Shown one piece after another: positions 9,714 to 19,417 of a stretch of DNA of 64,000 bases; position 1 is the first letter of the stretch, and each line of letters begins with the position of its first letter. The DNA comes from an uncultured Gemmatimonadales bacterium (GTDB lineage Bacteria > Gemmatimonadota > Gemmatimonadetes > Longimicrobiales > RSA9). The stretch is taken from assembly GCA_963783305.1 (NCBI GenBank), contig CAWAMW010000016.1, positions 640,001 through 704,000 on the forward strand, given 5' to 3'. A model generated the notes under the pieces. The model had not been told where the DNA came from. It searched no databases and saw only the letters and a program-made list of their open reading frames with translations. A program made the translations under genes and the position numbers.

Positions 9714-11207
9714 ATGGCGGAGAATTTCAAGAACTACATCGCGGGCGAGTGGGTCGCGCCGGTCACGGGCGAGTACAGCGAGAACCGGAACCCGGCGCGG
9801 TGGGACGAAGTGCTGGGCCGCTTCCCGTCGTCGGGCGCCGAAGATGTGGAGAAGGCGGTGGAGTCGGCGAAGCGCGGGTTCGCCGCATGGCGCAAGGTGC
9901 CCGCGCCGCAGCGGGGTGATGTGCTCCGTCGCGTGGGCGACCTGATGGCCGCGCGGAAGCGGGAGATCGCCGAGGCCATGACCCGGGAGATGGGGAAGGT
10001 GCTGGACGAGACGGAGGGCGACGTCCAGGAGGGGATCGACACGGCCTATTATGCCGCGACCGAGGGGCGGCGGCTGTTCGGCCATACGGTGCCGAGCGAG
10101 CTCCGGGACAAGTGGGCCATGACGTACCGCCGGCCCATCGGCGTGTGCGGCATCATCACCCCGTTCAACTTCCCGATGGCGATTCCGACGTGGAAGATCT
10201 TCCCCGCGCTGGTGTCCGGGAACGCGGTGGTCTTCAAGCCGGCCCACGACGTGCCGCACACCGCCACGCTGCTGGTGGAGATCCTGCTGGAGGCAGGGGT
10301 GCACCCGGAGGCGGTGCAGCTGGTGCACGGCGGCGGGAGCAAGGTGGGGAACGTGATCGTGGAGCACCCGGAGGTGTCCGTGATCTCCTTCACCGGCTCG
10401 ACGGGCGTGGGATCGACCATCGGTGAGACGTGCGGCCGGATGCACAAGCGGCTGTCGCTGGAGATGGGCGGCAAGAACGCACAGATCGTCATGCCCGACG
10501 CCGATATGGAGCTGGCGCTCGAGGGAGTGCTCTGGGGCGCCTTCGGCACCACGGGGCAGCGCTGCACGGCCACGAGCCGGCTCCTGCTCCACGAGGACAT
10601 CCACGACGCGTTCGTCGAGCGGCTGGTGGAGCGGGTCCAGGCGCTCAAGCTGGGCGACGGTCTGCTGGACGACACCGATGTGGGGCCGATGATCCACGAG
10701 AAGGCGCTGCAGAACGCGGCCGAGTACGTGGAGATCGCGCGCTCGGAAGGGAGCGAGGTTCGGGTCGGCGGGAAGCGCGCCACGGGTGGCGACGTCGAGG
10801 GTGGCTGGTTCTTCGAGCCGACGGTCCTCACGGGAGTGGAGCCCGGGTCGCGCCTGGCCTGTGAGGAGATCTTCGGACCGGTCCTGAGCGTGATCAAGTT
10901 CAGCGACCTGGAGGAGGCGATCCGGATCAACAACGAGGTGGAGTACGGGCTGTCGAGCTCCATCTACACGAAAGACGTCCGGAGCAGCTTCGTCGCGATG
11001 CAGGAGCTGGACAACGGGATCACGTACGTGAACGCGCCGACCATCGGTGCCGAGGCGCACCTGCCGTTCGGTGGAGTGAAGCAGACCGGTAACGGTCACC
11101 GCGAGGGCGGCTGGGAGGTGTACGAGTTCTACACGGAGACCAAGGTGGTGTACGTGGATTATTCCGGTCGGCTCCAGCGCGCGCAGATCGACACCTACGA
11201 CATCTGA
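9714..11207 (+). CDS. Aldehyde dehydrogenase family protein
   Basis: GGAGG RBS before ATG 9714. ITPFNFP, FTGS, LEMGGKN, catalytic GQRCTA, EEIFGP and PFGGVK. Confidence 0.93.
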   Translation: MAENFKNYIAGEWVAPVTGEYSENRNPARWDEVLGRFPSSGAEDVEKAVESAKRGFAAWRKVPAPQRGDVLRRVGDLMAARKREIAEAMTREMGKVLDETEGDVQEGIDTAYYAATEGRRLFGHTVPSELRDKWAMTYRRPIGVCGIITPFNFPMAIPTWKIFPALVSGNAVVFKPAHDVPHTATLLVEILLEAGVHPEAVQLVHGGGSKVGNVIVEHPEVSVISFTGSTGVGSTIGETCGRMHKRLSLEMGGKNAQIVMPDADMELALEGVLWGAFGTTGQRCTATSRLLLHEDIHDAFVERLVERVQALKLGDGLLDDTDVGPMIHEKALQNAAEYVEIARSEGSEVRVGGKRATGGDVEGGWFFEPTVLTGVEPGSRLACEEIFGPVLSVIKFSDLEEAIRINNEVEYGLSSSIYTKDVRSSFVAMQELDNGITYVNAPTIGAEAHLPFGGVKQTGNGHREGGWEVYEFYTETKVVYVDYSGRLQRAQIDTYDI

Positions 11208-11230
11208 GGTGATGTCGGGCGGGAGGCATG

Positions 11231-11260
11231 GGGGAGGTCCTGTCAGGGCCTCCCCTTTCC
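11231..11260 (+). terminator. Probable intrinsic terminator after the ALDH gene
   Basis: GGGGAGGTCCT-GTC-AGGGCCTCCCC hairpin (one G.U pair) followed by a short TTTCC tail. Confidence 0.55.
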
Positions 11261-11525
11261 CGTACCTGGAGGGTTTCGTTGAAGCGTTCGAACGTTCGCA
11301 GCGGCCACATGCGCCCAGTGCGTGCAGTGCGAACTACGCAGCCCGGTCCTGGTCCCGAGGCTCGGGGTCGGCGCGGGGACTGGTGGTGCGTGGCGGCCGT
11401 CGCTATCATCCTAGAGCGTGCCTGGAGCCCCACACTCCCGTCGGCGCGCTACACGATCCTCGCTCACCCGATCCACGTTCGCAGTGACCGAAGCAGAGCG
11501 CCCCGAGGATTCACACCAGGAGCCG

Positions 11526-12245
11526 ATGCGGCCCAACGGTCCGGGAGTGTCGCGGAGAATCTCCTCCGCGGCTCGCTGGACGTGGGAGTGGCTGAAGTCC
11601 CTCACCATAGCGGTTGCGCTTTTTCTGTTGATCCGGTCGTTTGCGGTAGAGGCGTTCCGGATCCCCACGGCGAGCATGGAGCGGACGCTCCTGGTGGGCG
11701 ACTTCCTCCTGGTGAACAAGGCGGCGTACGGCGCGCAGGTCCCCGGCACCGCCATGCGCCTCCCCGCCATGGGGCGGCCGGAGCGGGGGGACGTGGTGGT
11801 GTTCACTCCGCCCCATGAGCCCACGAAGAACTACGTAAAGCGTCTGGTCGGGCTGCCGGGAGACACGTTGAGCATGCGGGACAAGGTGCTGTTCAGAAAC
11901 GGGGGGATCGTATATGAACCGTACGCCCAGCACGATGATCCCATGGATGTGTACGATCCGCGCATGCGCTGGCAGGTCGAGTATCTCGTGGCGGTCCCCG
12001 GCCGGAGGGAGTATCGGCCCACGCGCGACAACTGGGGTCCGATCGTCGTGCCCGAGCACAGCTATTTCGTGCTCGGCGACAACCGGGACGACTCTGAGGA
12101 TTCGAGGTACTGGGGCCTGGTCGGCGATACGACACTGAAGGGGAAGCCACTCTTCGTGTATTATTCATTCGAGCCCCGGCCCCTGAGCCAAGCGCCGTGG
12201 ATCACGGATATTCGTTGGGGTCGCATCGGCGGGGCCATCGAGTAG
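11526..12245 (+). CDS. lepB: Signal peptidase I
   Basis: IPTASM (catalytic Ser), GDFLLVNK, YVKRLVGLPGD (catalytic Lys), GDNRDDSEDSRYWG. AGGAG RBS before ATG 11526. Confidence 0.92.
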   Translation: MRPNGPGVSRRISSAARWTWEWLKSLTIAVALFLLIRSFAVEAFRIPTASMERTLLVGDFLLVNKAAYGAQVPGTAMRLPAMGRPERGDVVVFTPPHEPTKNYVKRLVGLPGDTLSMRDKVLFRNGGIVYEPYAQHDDPMDVYDPRMRWQVEYLVAVPGRREYRPTRDNWGPIVVPEHSYFVLGDNRDDSEDSRYWGLVGDTTLKGKPLFVYYSFEPRPLSQAPWITDIRWGRIGGAIE

Positions 12246-12367
12246 AGCGGGCGGCGGGAGGCCGTCAAGGATGCAGTTGCGGAGCCAACGGCGCCTGCGG
12301 GCGCCTGCTCATAGATATACCGGCACGGCCGGAACGAGTCCCCACACGTCCCCGGTGGGAGCGCCGC

Positions 12368-13228
12368 ATGAGCTTCACGAGCACGCGTAAGGGCAGGTAC
12401 AACGACAGTTCGCTCGACCAGTATCTGAAGGAGATCAGCGTCTATCCGCTGCTCAAGCGGGAGGACGAGGTCGAGCTGGCACAAGGGATTCGCAAGGGCG
12501 ATGAGGAAGCGCTCGACAAGCTGGTACGGTCCAACCTCCGGTTCGTCGTCTCCGTGGCCAAGAAGTACCAGAACCAGGGAGTCGCCCTCTCCGATCTCAT
12601 CAACGAGGGGAACGTCGGTCTGATTCGGGCCGCCCACAAGTTCGATGAGACGAAGGGGATCAAGTTCATCTCCTACGCCGTCTGGTGGATCCGGCAGGCG
12701 ATCCTGCAGGCTCTGGCGGAGCAGAGCCGGATCGTGCGGGTCCCGCTGAATCGAGCGGGTGCGCTGCACCGGATCGGCAAGAGGTCGGCGGCCATGCTCC
12801 AGGAGCTGGGACGAGAGCCAACGGTGGAGGAGCTGGCGGATGAGCTGGATCTGTCGGAGGACGAGGTCCGCCGTACACTCTCGCTGTCGCAGACCCACCT
12901 ATCGCTGGACGCGCCGCTCACTCCCGGCGAGGACAACCGTCTGCTCGACTACCTCCCCGACCAGTTCGCCGCCGGCCCGGATGGCGAGACCTACGACCGC
13001 GCCCTGCTGAACACCGTCGAGGAGGCGCTGGGCACGCTCAAGGAGAGAGAAGCGAAGATCCTCCGGCTCTACTTCGGCCTCGACAGTCAGGAGCCGATGA
13101 CGCTGGAGCAGATCGGATCCATTCTCGGCATCACCCGCGAGCGCGTCCGCCAGATCAAGGAAAAGGCGCTGCTCCGACTCCGGCACGCCAGCCGCGCGCG
13201 CTTCCTGGAGACCTTCACGAACCTGTAG
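12368..13228 (+). CDS. RNA polymerase sigma-70 factor, RpoD/SigA-like, lacking region 1.1
   Basis: LDQYLKEI (region 1.2), NLRFVVSVAKKY, DLINEGNVGL, FISYAVWWIRQAI (region 2), TRERVRQIKEKAL (region 4.2). 286 aa from ATG 12368. Confidence 0.9.
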   Translation: MSFTSTRKGRYNDSSLDQYLKEISVYPLLKREDEVELAQGIRKGDEEALDKLVRSNLRFVVSVAKKYQNQGVALSDLINEGNVGLIRAAHKFDETKGIKFISYAVWWIRQAILQALAEQSRIVRVPLNRAGALHRIGKRSAAMLQELGREPTVEELADELDLSEDEVRRTLSLSQTHLSLDAPLTPGEDNRLLDYLPDQFAAGPDGETYDRALLNTVEEALGTLKEREAKILRLYFGLDSQEPMTLEQIGSILGITRERVRQIKEKALLRLRHASRARFLETFTNL

Positions 13229-13404
13229 CGCTGCGGCGACCGCCGTGCCGCCCGGCTTCCGGGCTCCTCGACGCGGCCACTCACGCACGCAGGCGCCCGT
13301 TCCGGTTACGCGTCGCGGGGGTGCATCGTTCGCGACGGGATCGCGTACGGATGGCGCCGTTCGCCGGTCGCGGGAGCGGCCGCCCGGCGCGCGCCCCGAG
13401 GCGG

Positions 13405-13433
13405 TTGACACGTCCGCGTGATGCCCCTATCCT
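13405..13433 (+). promoter_or_regulatory. Sigma-70-type promoter of rplM-rpsI
   Basis: TTGACA(13405-13410)-17 nt-TATCCT(13428-13433), about 55 nt upstream of rplM. Confidence 0.75.
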
Positions 13434-13487
13434 TCAAAGCTGTTTCGCTTGGGCCGCGGCCATGACCGCGACAATGGGATTGAGTGA

Positions 13488-13916
13488 ATGAAGACGTATA
13501 CACCGAAGGCCACCGAGATTGAGCGCAAGTGGTGGATCGTCGATGCTGAGGACCGTGTCCTGGGCCGACTGTCCACAGAGATTGCGCGTGTGCTCCGTGG
13601 AAAGCACAAGCCGATGTACACGCCACACCTCGACACGGGGGACTATGTGGTGGTGGTGAACGCGGACAAGGTCCGGCTCACCGGCAACAAGGAAGAGCAG
13701 AAGACGTACTTCCGGCACAGCGGCTACATGGGGGGCGAGAAGCACATCCCGTTCAAGCGCATGCAGGCCGAGCACCCTGAGCGGGTGATCGAGCTTGCGG
13801 TGAAGGGGATGATGCCGAAGAACAACCTGGGTCGCCTGATGCTGAAGAAGCTGAAGGTGTACGCGGGGACGGAGCATCCGCACGAGGCGCAGCAGCCGGA
13901 GAAACTGGAGATCTGA
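13488..13916 (+). CDS. rplM: 50S ribosomal protein L13
   Basis: [49 protein letters not shown]. Confidence 0.98.
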   Translation: MKTYTPKATEIERKWWIVDAEDRVLGRLSTEIARVLRGKHKPMYTPHLDTGDYVVVVNADKVRLTGNKEEQKTYFRHSGYMGGEKHIPFKRMQAEHPERVIELAVKGMMPKNNLGRLMLKKLKVYAGTEHPHEAQQPEKLEI

Positions 13917-14320
13917 TGGCGACGACAGCAGCGAAGCAGCAGTATCACGGGGTCGGCCGCCGCAAGACCAGCGTAGCGCGGGTGTACCTGCGTCCCGGTC
14001 GCGGCGAGTGGAAGATCAACGGCCGGGACATCGCGGAGTACTTCCCCCGCAACTCGCACCAGCAGCACGCGAGCGATCCACTGGGGGCCACGGAGAACGA
14101 GGGTCAGTGGGACGTGTACGTGGTGGTGAACGGGGGCGGCAAGACGGGTCAGGCGGGCGCGATCCGGCTGGGTCTCTCCCGTGCGCTTCTCGAGCTGGAC
14201 GAGGAGTACCGTGGCAAGCTGCGGGAGAAGGGCATGCTGACGCGTGACCCGCGCGAGGTCGAGCGGAAGAAGCCGGGTCGTCCGAAGGCCCGCAAGCGGT
14301 TCCAGTTCTCGAAGCGCTAA
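13916..14320 (+). CDS. rpsI: 30S ribosomal protein S9
   Basis: GRRKTSVARV, GGGKTGQAGAIR, LTRDPREVERKKPG and QFSKR terminus. Confidence 0.98.
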   Translation: MATTAAKQQYHGVGRRKTSVARVYLRPGRGEWKINGRDIAEYFPRNSHQQHASDPLGATENEGQWDVYVVVNGGGKTGQAGAIRLGLSRALLELDEEYRGKLREKGMLTRDPREVERKKPGRPKARKRFQFSKR

Positions 14321-14349
14321 TCGCCTTCGGCGCACACCGCCTCAAGCGA

Positions 14350-14376
14350 GGGGACCGCTCCGGGGGAGCGGTCCCC
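14350..14376 (+). terminator. Perfect 12-bp hairpin after rpsI (possible terminator or processing site)
   Basis: GGGGACCGCTCC-GGG-GGAGCGGTCCCC with no U-tract. Confidence 0.4.
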
Positions 14377-14440
14377 AACGTGGCAGGAAGAAGCAGCAGG
14401 ATGGCAGGCAGCACGGGGCGCCGGGTGGCGCGGTCGTGAC

Positions 14441-14527
14441 TATACACACCGCCAGACGCAGAGGTGCCGGGGTCCCCAGGAGGGGCGGCATCGCGGATGA
14501 AGGCGGTGGAAGCTGAAAAACCCCGAC
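14441..14527 (+). ncRNA. rpsB leader (t44/S2-binding-type cis-regulatory RNA)
   Basis: Directly upstream of rpsB. It has the ACACAC...GCCGGGGT...GTGGA.GC...AACCCC layout I recall for the E. coli rpsB/t44 leader, with GGGGT able to pair with ACCCC. Confidence 0.65.
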
Positions 14528-14541
14528 ACAAGAGAGATGGA

Positions 14542-15441
14542 ATGGCGGTAGCACCCGAGATTACTGAACTGCTCAAGGCCGGAGTCCATTTCGGCCACCA
14601 GAGCAGCCGCTGGAACCCGAAGATGCGGAAGTACATCTTCGCGGCCCGCAACGGCATCCACGTCATCGACCTCAAGAAGACGCACCAGCTCCTGCTGGAA
14701 GCGCAGGCGATGGTGAGCGAGACGGTGTCGGCGGGTAACAGAGTGCTGTTCGTGTGCACGAAGCGACAGCTGCGTGGCGTGGTGGAAGAGGAGGCGGAGC
14801 GCTGTGGCGCGTTCTTCGTCACGGAGCGCTGGCTGGGCGGCATGCTGACGAACTTCCAGACCATCAAAAAGCAGATTCATCGGCTGAAGGAGCTCGAGCG
14901 CGGGATCGAGGAAGGCGCCTACGAGTTCTACACGAAGAAGGAGCAGCTCCTGCTGGAGCGGGAGCGGATGAAGCTCAACAAGTACCTGGTGGGCGTGAAG
15001 GACATGGCGCGGTTGCCGGGTGCGATTTTCGTGGTGGACGCAAAGAAGGAAACGATCGCGCTCCGTGAGGCGAACAAGCTCGGTATCCCGATCGTGGCCA
15101 TCGCGGACACCAACGCGGATCCGGACATGATCGACTATCCGATCCCCGGAAACAATGACGCGATCCGGTCGGTCTCGGTGATCACGAAGGCGATTGCGGA
15201 CTCCATCGAGGCGGCGCGGAAGGCGATGCCGGAGGACATGGAGCGTGATGAGGGTGGCGTGACGTACTCCACGGAGCACGGCGCGCAGGAGGTCGAGGAG
15301 CGGAAGGACGCGCCGAAGCGGCCGAAGCGCCGGCCGAAGCGCCGTCGTCCGCGGCCGCAGGCGATTGCCCAGGTTCGTACGGGCGAGGAGCAGAGCTCGG
15401 ACGCGTCGGAGGACGCGAGCGGGTCGGACGAGGAGGAGTAG
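14542..15441 (+). CDS. rpsB: 30S ribosomal protein S2
   Basis: LLKAGVHFGH, WNPKM, RWLGGMLTNF, DTNADPD, PGNNDAIRS, plus a long charged C-terminal tail. Confidence 0.98.
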   Translation: MAVAPEITELLKAGVHFGHQSSRWNPKMRKYIFAARNGIHVIDLKKTHQLLLEAQAMVSETVSAGNRVLFVCTKRQLRGVVEEEAERCGAFFVTERWLGGMLTNFQTIKKQIHRLKELERGIEEGAYEFYTKKEQLLLERERMKLNKYLVGVKDMARLPGAIFVVDAKKETIALREANKLGIPIVAIADTNADPDMIDYPIPGNNDAIRSVSVITKAIADSIEAARKAMPEDMERDEGGVTYSTEHGAQEVEERKDAPKRPKRRPKRRRPRPQAIAQVRTGEEQSSDASEDASGSDEEE

Positions 15442-15471
15442 CCGCGCACTGTGGCGTCAACGGAAGGACGT

Positions 15472-15520
15472 AAAAAGCGCCCCAGAGGTCGTGCAGCCGG
15501 CGACTCTGCGGCGCTTTTTT
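15472..15520 (+). terminator. Intrinsic terminator/attenuator between rpsB and tsf
   Basis: AAAAAGCGCC...CAGAG.TCG...CGACTCTG.GGCGCTTTTTT: long imperfect stem with a T6 tail and an upstream A-tract. Confidence 0.7.
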
Positions 15521-15553
15521 CACGATAGTCAGCACCGAACAGGGGAACTGAAG

Positions 15554-16381
15554 ATGGCGATCAGCGCGAAAGACGTGAAGGAGCTCCGGGACCGGACGGG
15601 TGCCGGAATGATGGACTGCAAGAAGGCCTTGCAGGAGACGGATGGGGAGATGGAGGCGGCGATCGACCTGCTGCGCTCGAAGGGGGCCGCGAAGGCGGCG
15701 AAGCGAGCGGGCAAGGAGGCGTCGGAGGGCGCGATCGGCAGTCACGTGGAGGACGGCGTGGGGGCGTTGGTCGAGCTGAACTGCGAAACGGACTTCGTGG
15801 CGCGGACGGATGACTTCCAGATGCTGGCGCGGCAGCTGGCCGAGCATGTGGCGGAGCACGCGGGCGACGTGAACGGTTCGGAGTCCGGTGAGGCGATCGC
15901 GGGGCAGGCGTTCATGGGCGGCGACCGAACGGTAGAGCAGGTCGTGACGCAGACGGCGGCGAAGACGGGCGAGAAGCTCGTGGTTCGTCGGATCGCGCGG
16001 TTCGAGACGGCGGGCACGCTGGGCAGCTATGTGCACATGACGGGGAAGATCGGTGTCATGGTGGAGCTGTCGGGGGGTGCAGAGGAGGTGGCGAAGGACG
16101 TGGCCATGCACGTGGCGGCGTCGAACCCGCTGGCGGTGACCAGCGACGAGCTGCCGCAGGATGTGGTGGCCCGTGAGCGTGCGGTCTTCGAGGAGACGGT
16201 TCGGCAGGAGGGGAAGCCTGAAAACATCCAGGCCAAGATCGTGGAGGGAAAGCTCGGCAAGTTCTTCAAGGAGAACGCGCTGGTTTCGCAGCCGTTCGTG
16301 AAGGACCCGGACCAGACGGTGGGGCAGATGGTGGGGGAGGCGACGGTGCGTCGTTTCGTCCGCTTCGAGCTGGGCGAGTAG
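15554..16381 (+). CDS. tsf: Translation elongation factor Ts
   Basis: VKELRDRTGAGMMDCKKAL, ELNCETDFVA, AMHVAA.NP, RRFVRFELGE. Confidence 0.97.
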   Translation: MAISAKDVKELRDRTGAGMMDCKKALQETDGEMEAAIDLLRSKGAAKAAKRAGKEASEGAIGSHVEDGVGALVELNCETDFVARTDDFQMLARQLAEHVAEHAGDVNGSESGEAIAGQAFMGGDRTVEQVVTQTAAKTGEKLVVRRIARFETAGTLGSYVHMTGKIGVMVELSGGAEEVAKDVAMHVAASNPLAVTSDELPQDVVARERAVFEETVRQEGKPENIQAKIVEGKLGKFFKENALVSQPFVKDPDQTVGQMVGEATVRRFVRFELGE

Positions 16382-17131
16382 ATGGGCGACGCCGAGGCCG
16401 TACCGGCCGTGCGGCCGGAGGCGGAGCTCCGCTATCGTCGCGTTCTGCTCAAGCTGAGCGGTGAGGCGCTGGCGGGCGACCAGGGGTTCGGGATCTCACC
16501 GGCGGCCGTGGGGCGGCTGACCCACCACATCCGATCGGTTCACGAGATGGGCGTACCGCTGGGAGTGGTGATCGGGGGTGGCAATATCGTGCGGGGCACG
16601 CAGGCCAGCGCCGAGGGGATGGACCGGGTCAACGCCGACTACATGGGTATGCTCGCGACGATCATCAACGCGCTGGCGCTCCAGGACGTGCTGGAGCGGT
16701 CGGGGATCGAGACGCGGGTCATGACAGCGATCCGGATGGAGGAGCTGGCGGAGCCGTACATCCGCCGTCGCGCATTGCGGCACCTGGAGAAGGGCCGTGT
16801 GGTGCTGTTCGCCGGCGGGACGGGGAATCCGTACTTCTCGACGGACACGGCGGCGGTGCTGCGGGCGATCGAAATGGACGCGGACGTGCTGATCAAGGCC
16901 ACGAAGGTGCAGGGCGTGTACAGTGCGGACCCGAACCATGATCCGGAGGCCAAGCTGTACAAGCGCCTGACCTTCATGGATGTCATGACGCAGGAACTGA
17001 AAGTGATGGATGCCGCGGCGATCTCCCTGTGCAAGGACAACGACCTGCCGATCATCGTGCTGGACATCAGCGAGTCGGAGGCGGTGGTGGAGGCGATCCG
17101 CGGGGAGGACGTGGGCACGCTGGTTTCCTGA
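16382..17131 (+). CDS. pyrH: UMP kinase
   Basis: [39 protein letters not shown]. Confidence 0.97.
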   Translation: MGDAEAVPAVRPEAELRYRRVLLKLSGEALAGDQGFGISPAAVGRLTHHIRSVHEMGVPLGVVIGGGNIVRGTQASAEGMDRVNADYMGMLATIINALALQDVLERSGIETRVMTAIRMEELAEPYIRRRALRHLEKGRVVLFAGGTGNPYFSTDTAAVLRAIEMDADVLIKATKVQGVYSADPNHDPEAKLYKRLTFMDVMTQELKVMDAAAISLCKDNDLPIIVLDISESEAVVEAIRGEDVGTLVS

Positions 17132-17187
17132 ACCGGCGCTGCGTATGTTCCCCCCTCGTGGGAGGCGGGTTCGAACGGGAGCGGAAA

Positions 17188-17739
17188 ATGCCAACGATCA
17201 AAGAGATGCGAGAGCAGATGGACGCGGCGGTGGAGGCCATGCGCCGCGAGTTCTCCGGGGTGCGGACGGGCAAGGCAAGCACCCACCTGCTGGACACCGT
17301 ACGCGTGGACGCGTACGGCTCCAAGGTCCCGCTGAACCAGGTCGCCACGGTGAACGTGCCGGAGCCGCGCATGATCATGGTTCAGCCGTGGGACAAGTCG
17401 CTGATTCCGGATGTGGAGCGCGGCATCCAGTCGGCAGACCTGGGGCTCAATCCGTCGAACGACGGTAACGTGATCCGTGTGCCGATCCCGCCGCTGAGCG
17501 AGGAGCGGCGGAAGGACATGGTTCGGCTGCTGCACAAGATGTCGGAGGAGGGGAAGATCAGCATTCGGCACGCGCGGCAGGAGGCGAACAAGAGGGTGAA
17601 GCAGCAGGAGCACGATCACGAGATCAGCGAGGACGAGGGTCGTCGTCAGCAGGAGAAGATCCAGGAGATCACGGACGAGTATATCGTCCGCGTCGACGAG
17701 ATGATGGCGAAGAAGGAAGAGGAGGTCATGGAGGTCTGA
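17188..17739 (+). CDS. frr: Ribosome recycling factor
   Basis: VRTGKAS, YGS..PLNQVA, LGLNPSNDG, PPLSEERRK. Confidence 0.97.
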   Translation: MPTIKEMREQMDAAVEAMRREFSGVRTGKASTHLLDTVRVDAYGSKVPLNQVATVNVPEPRMIMVQPWDKSLIPDVERGIQSADLGLNPSNDGNVIRVPIPPLSEERRKDMVRLLHKMSEEGKISIRHARQEANKRVKQQEHDHEISEDEGRRQQEKIQEITDEYIVRVDEMMAKKEEEVMEV

Positions 17740-17780
17740 CCTCCCGGCCTCCACTTCATCATGCAGTGTCCAACACCTCC

Positions 17781-18521
17781 ATGACCTCGGACGCACTTCA
17801 GCAGGTGAAGGAAGGCCCGATCCCGCATCACGTCGCGGTCATCATGGATGGCAACGGGCGGTGGGCCCGGGCCCGTGGCCTGCCCCGCTACAAGGGCCAC
17901 AGGGCGGGCATGGACTCCGTCCGGGACGTGATCCAGGGGGCGGTGGCGGCGGAGGTGAGAATCCTCACGCTGTTCGCGTTCTCGCAAGAGAACTGGCAGC
18001 GTCCGGCCCGGGAAGTGAACGCCCTCATGCTGCTGCTTCAGAAGTACGTGAAATCGGAGGCGGACGAGCTGCGCACGCAGGGTGTGGAGGTCCGGGTGTT
18101 CGGGGACCTGGACCGGCTGGCGACCGGTCCGCGGAAGGCGGTGCAGGAGATCGAGACGCAGACGAGTGGCGGCGAGGCGCTGAAGCTCAACCTGATGGTC
18201 AGCTACGGCGGTCGAGCGGAGATCGTCCTTGCGGCCCGTGCGCTGGCGGAGGATGTGGCTGCCGGCCGGATCGGCTCGGCCGACGTGACGGAAGAGGCGC
18301 TGTCGCAGCGATTGTTCACGTCGTGCTTTCCAGACCCCGACCTGCTGATTCGGACCTCCGGCGAGCAGCGGATCAGCAATTTCATGCTCTGGCAACTGGC
18401 GTACACGGAGCTGTACATCACCGGCACCTTGTGGCCGGATTTCGGCAGGGAGCATCTCTTCGAGGCGATACTGGAGTACCAGAAGCGAGAGCGGCGGTTC
18501 GGCAGGATCGGCGTCCAGTGA
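17781..18521 (+). CDS. uppS: Undecaprenyl diphosphate synthase (isoprenyl transferase)
   Basis: PHHVAVIMDGNGRWA, FAFSQENWQRP, DLLIRTSGEQRISNFMLWQ. Start is ATG 17781 or GTG 17766. Confidence 0.96.
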   Translation: MTSDALQQVKEGPIPHHVAVIMDGNGRWARARGLPRYKGHRAGMDSVRDVIQGAVAAEVRILTLFAFSQENWQRPAREVNALMLLLQKYVKSEADELRTQGVEVRVFGDLDRLATGPRKAVQEIETQTSGGEALKLNLMVSYGGRAEIVLAARALAEDVAAGRIGSADVTEEALSQRLFTSCFPDPDLLIRTSGEQRISNFMLWQLAYTELYITGTLWPDFGREHLFEAILEYQKRERRFGRIGVQ

Positions 18522-19417
18522 GCGAGTCGCGTCGATCGGAGCTGTCTCAGCGACTCTCTGTCGTGGCCGTGGGGATCCCCGCCGTCGTGGCTGCGCTCTG
18601 GGTCGGCCGCTGGGCCCTCGGGCCGCTGCTGGCGCTCTTCTGCGCGGGGGCGGCGCTGGAGCTCTACCGCCTGGCGGAGCAACGAGGCGTCCGGCCGCTG
18701 CGGCTTCCGGGCGCCGTCGGGGCCGCCGTTCTGGTTCTCATCGCCATGGTGTACCCGACGTTCTGGGGCGCAGCCCCCTACCTCTGGATGACGACGATCC
18801 TGCTGGTCCTCTCCCTGTCCCTGGCGGTGATATGGGCGCGGGGAATTGCAGGTCAGCCGTTGGTGGTGGTGGCGGTCACGGCCCTGGGGGCCGTGTTGCC
18901 GGCGGGCGCCATGAGCCACGTCATCTTCCTCCGGCACATGTCCGTGGCGGCCGACCCCGTGAGCGGTGTGTGGGCGTCGCTCGTGGGGGTGGGGTTGGTG
19001 GTCTATCCACTGACGGTCACGTGGTCGACGGACTCGGGTGCCTACTTCGTGGGTAAGCGTTGGGGCCGACGGAAGTTGATCCCCAGCGTGAGCCCCGGGA
19101 AGACCCTGGAGGGTGCGGCGGCAGGACTGGTGAGTGGCACGGTGGGCGGTCTCCTGGTGGGACTGGCGTTCGAGGCGTGGCTCGGTGTCTCGCTGCACCC
19201 GGTTCTCGCGGCTGTCGGAGGGCTCGGCCTGGCGGCGATCTCGCAGGCGGGCGACCTGGCGGAGTCGGTGTGGAAGCGCGAGGCGGGCGTGAAGGATTCA
19301 GGTACGCTTTTCCCTGGGCATGGCGGGATTCTGGACCGGATGGACTCCCTGCTGTTCACGATCCCGGCCGGCTACTGGTGGCTCGCGCTCGTGCTGACTG
19401 AAGGCAGCCGGTGGTGA
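18518..19417 (+). CDS. cdsA: Phosphatidate cytidylyltransferase
   Basis: GTGA overlap with uppS. Multi-TM with DSGAYFVG, SPGKTLEG and GDLAES..KR..GVKDSG...PGHGGILDR.DS. Confidence 0.95.
   Translation: MSESRRSELSQRLSVVAVGIPAVVAALWVGRWALGPLLALFCAGAALELYRLAEQRGVRPLRLPGAVGAAVLVLIAMVYPTFWGAAPYLWMTTILLVLSLSLAVIWARGIAGQPLVVVAVTALGAVLPAGAMSHVIFLRHMSVAADPVSGVWASLVGVGLVVYPLTVTWSTDSGAYFVGKRWGRRKLIPSVSPGKTLEGAAAGLVSGTVGGLLVGLAFEAWLGVSLHPVLAAVGGLGLAAISQAGDLAESVWKREAGVKDSGTLFPGHGGILDRMDSLLFTIPAGYWWLALVLTEGSRW

Noticed and set aside
17135..17187. GGTTCGAA resembling a tRNA T-loop between pyrH and frr
   Set aside because: No cloverleaf, no matching T-stem or acceptor stem, and the gap is too short (about 56 nt).
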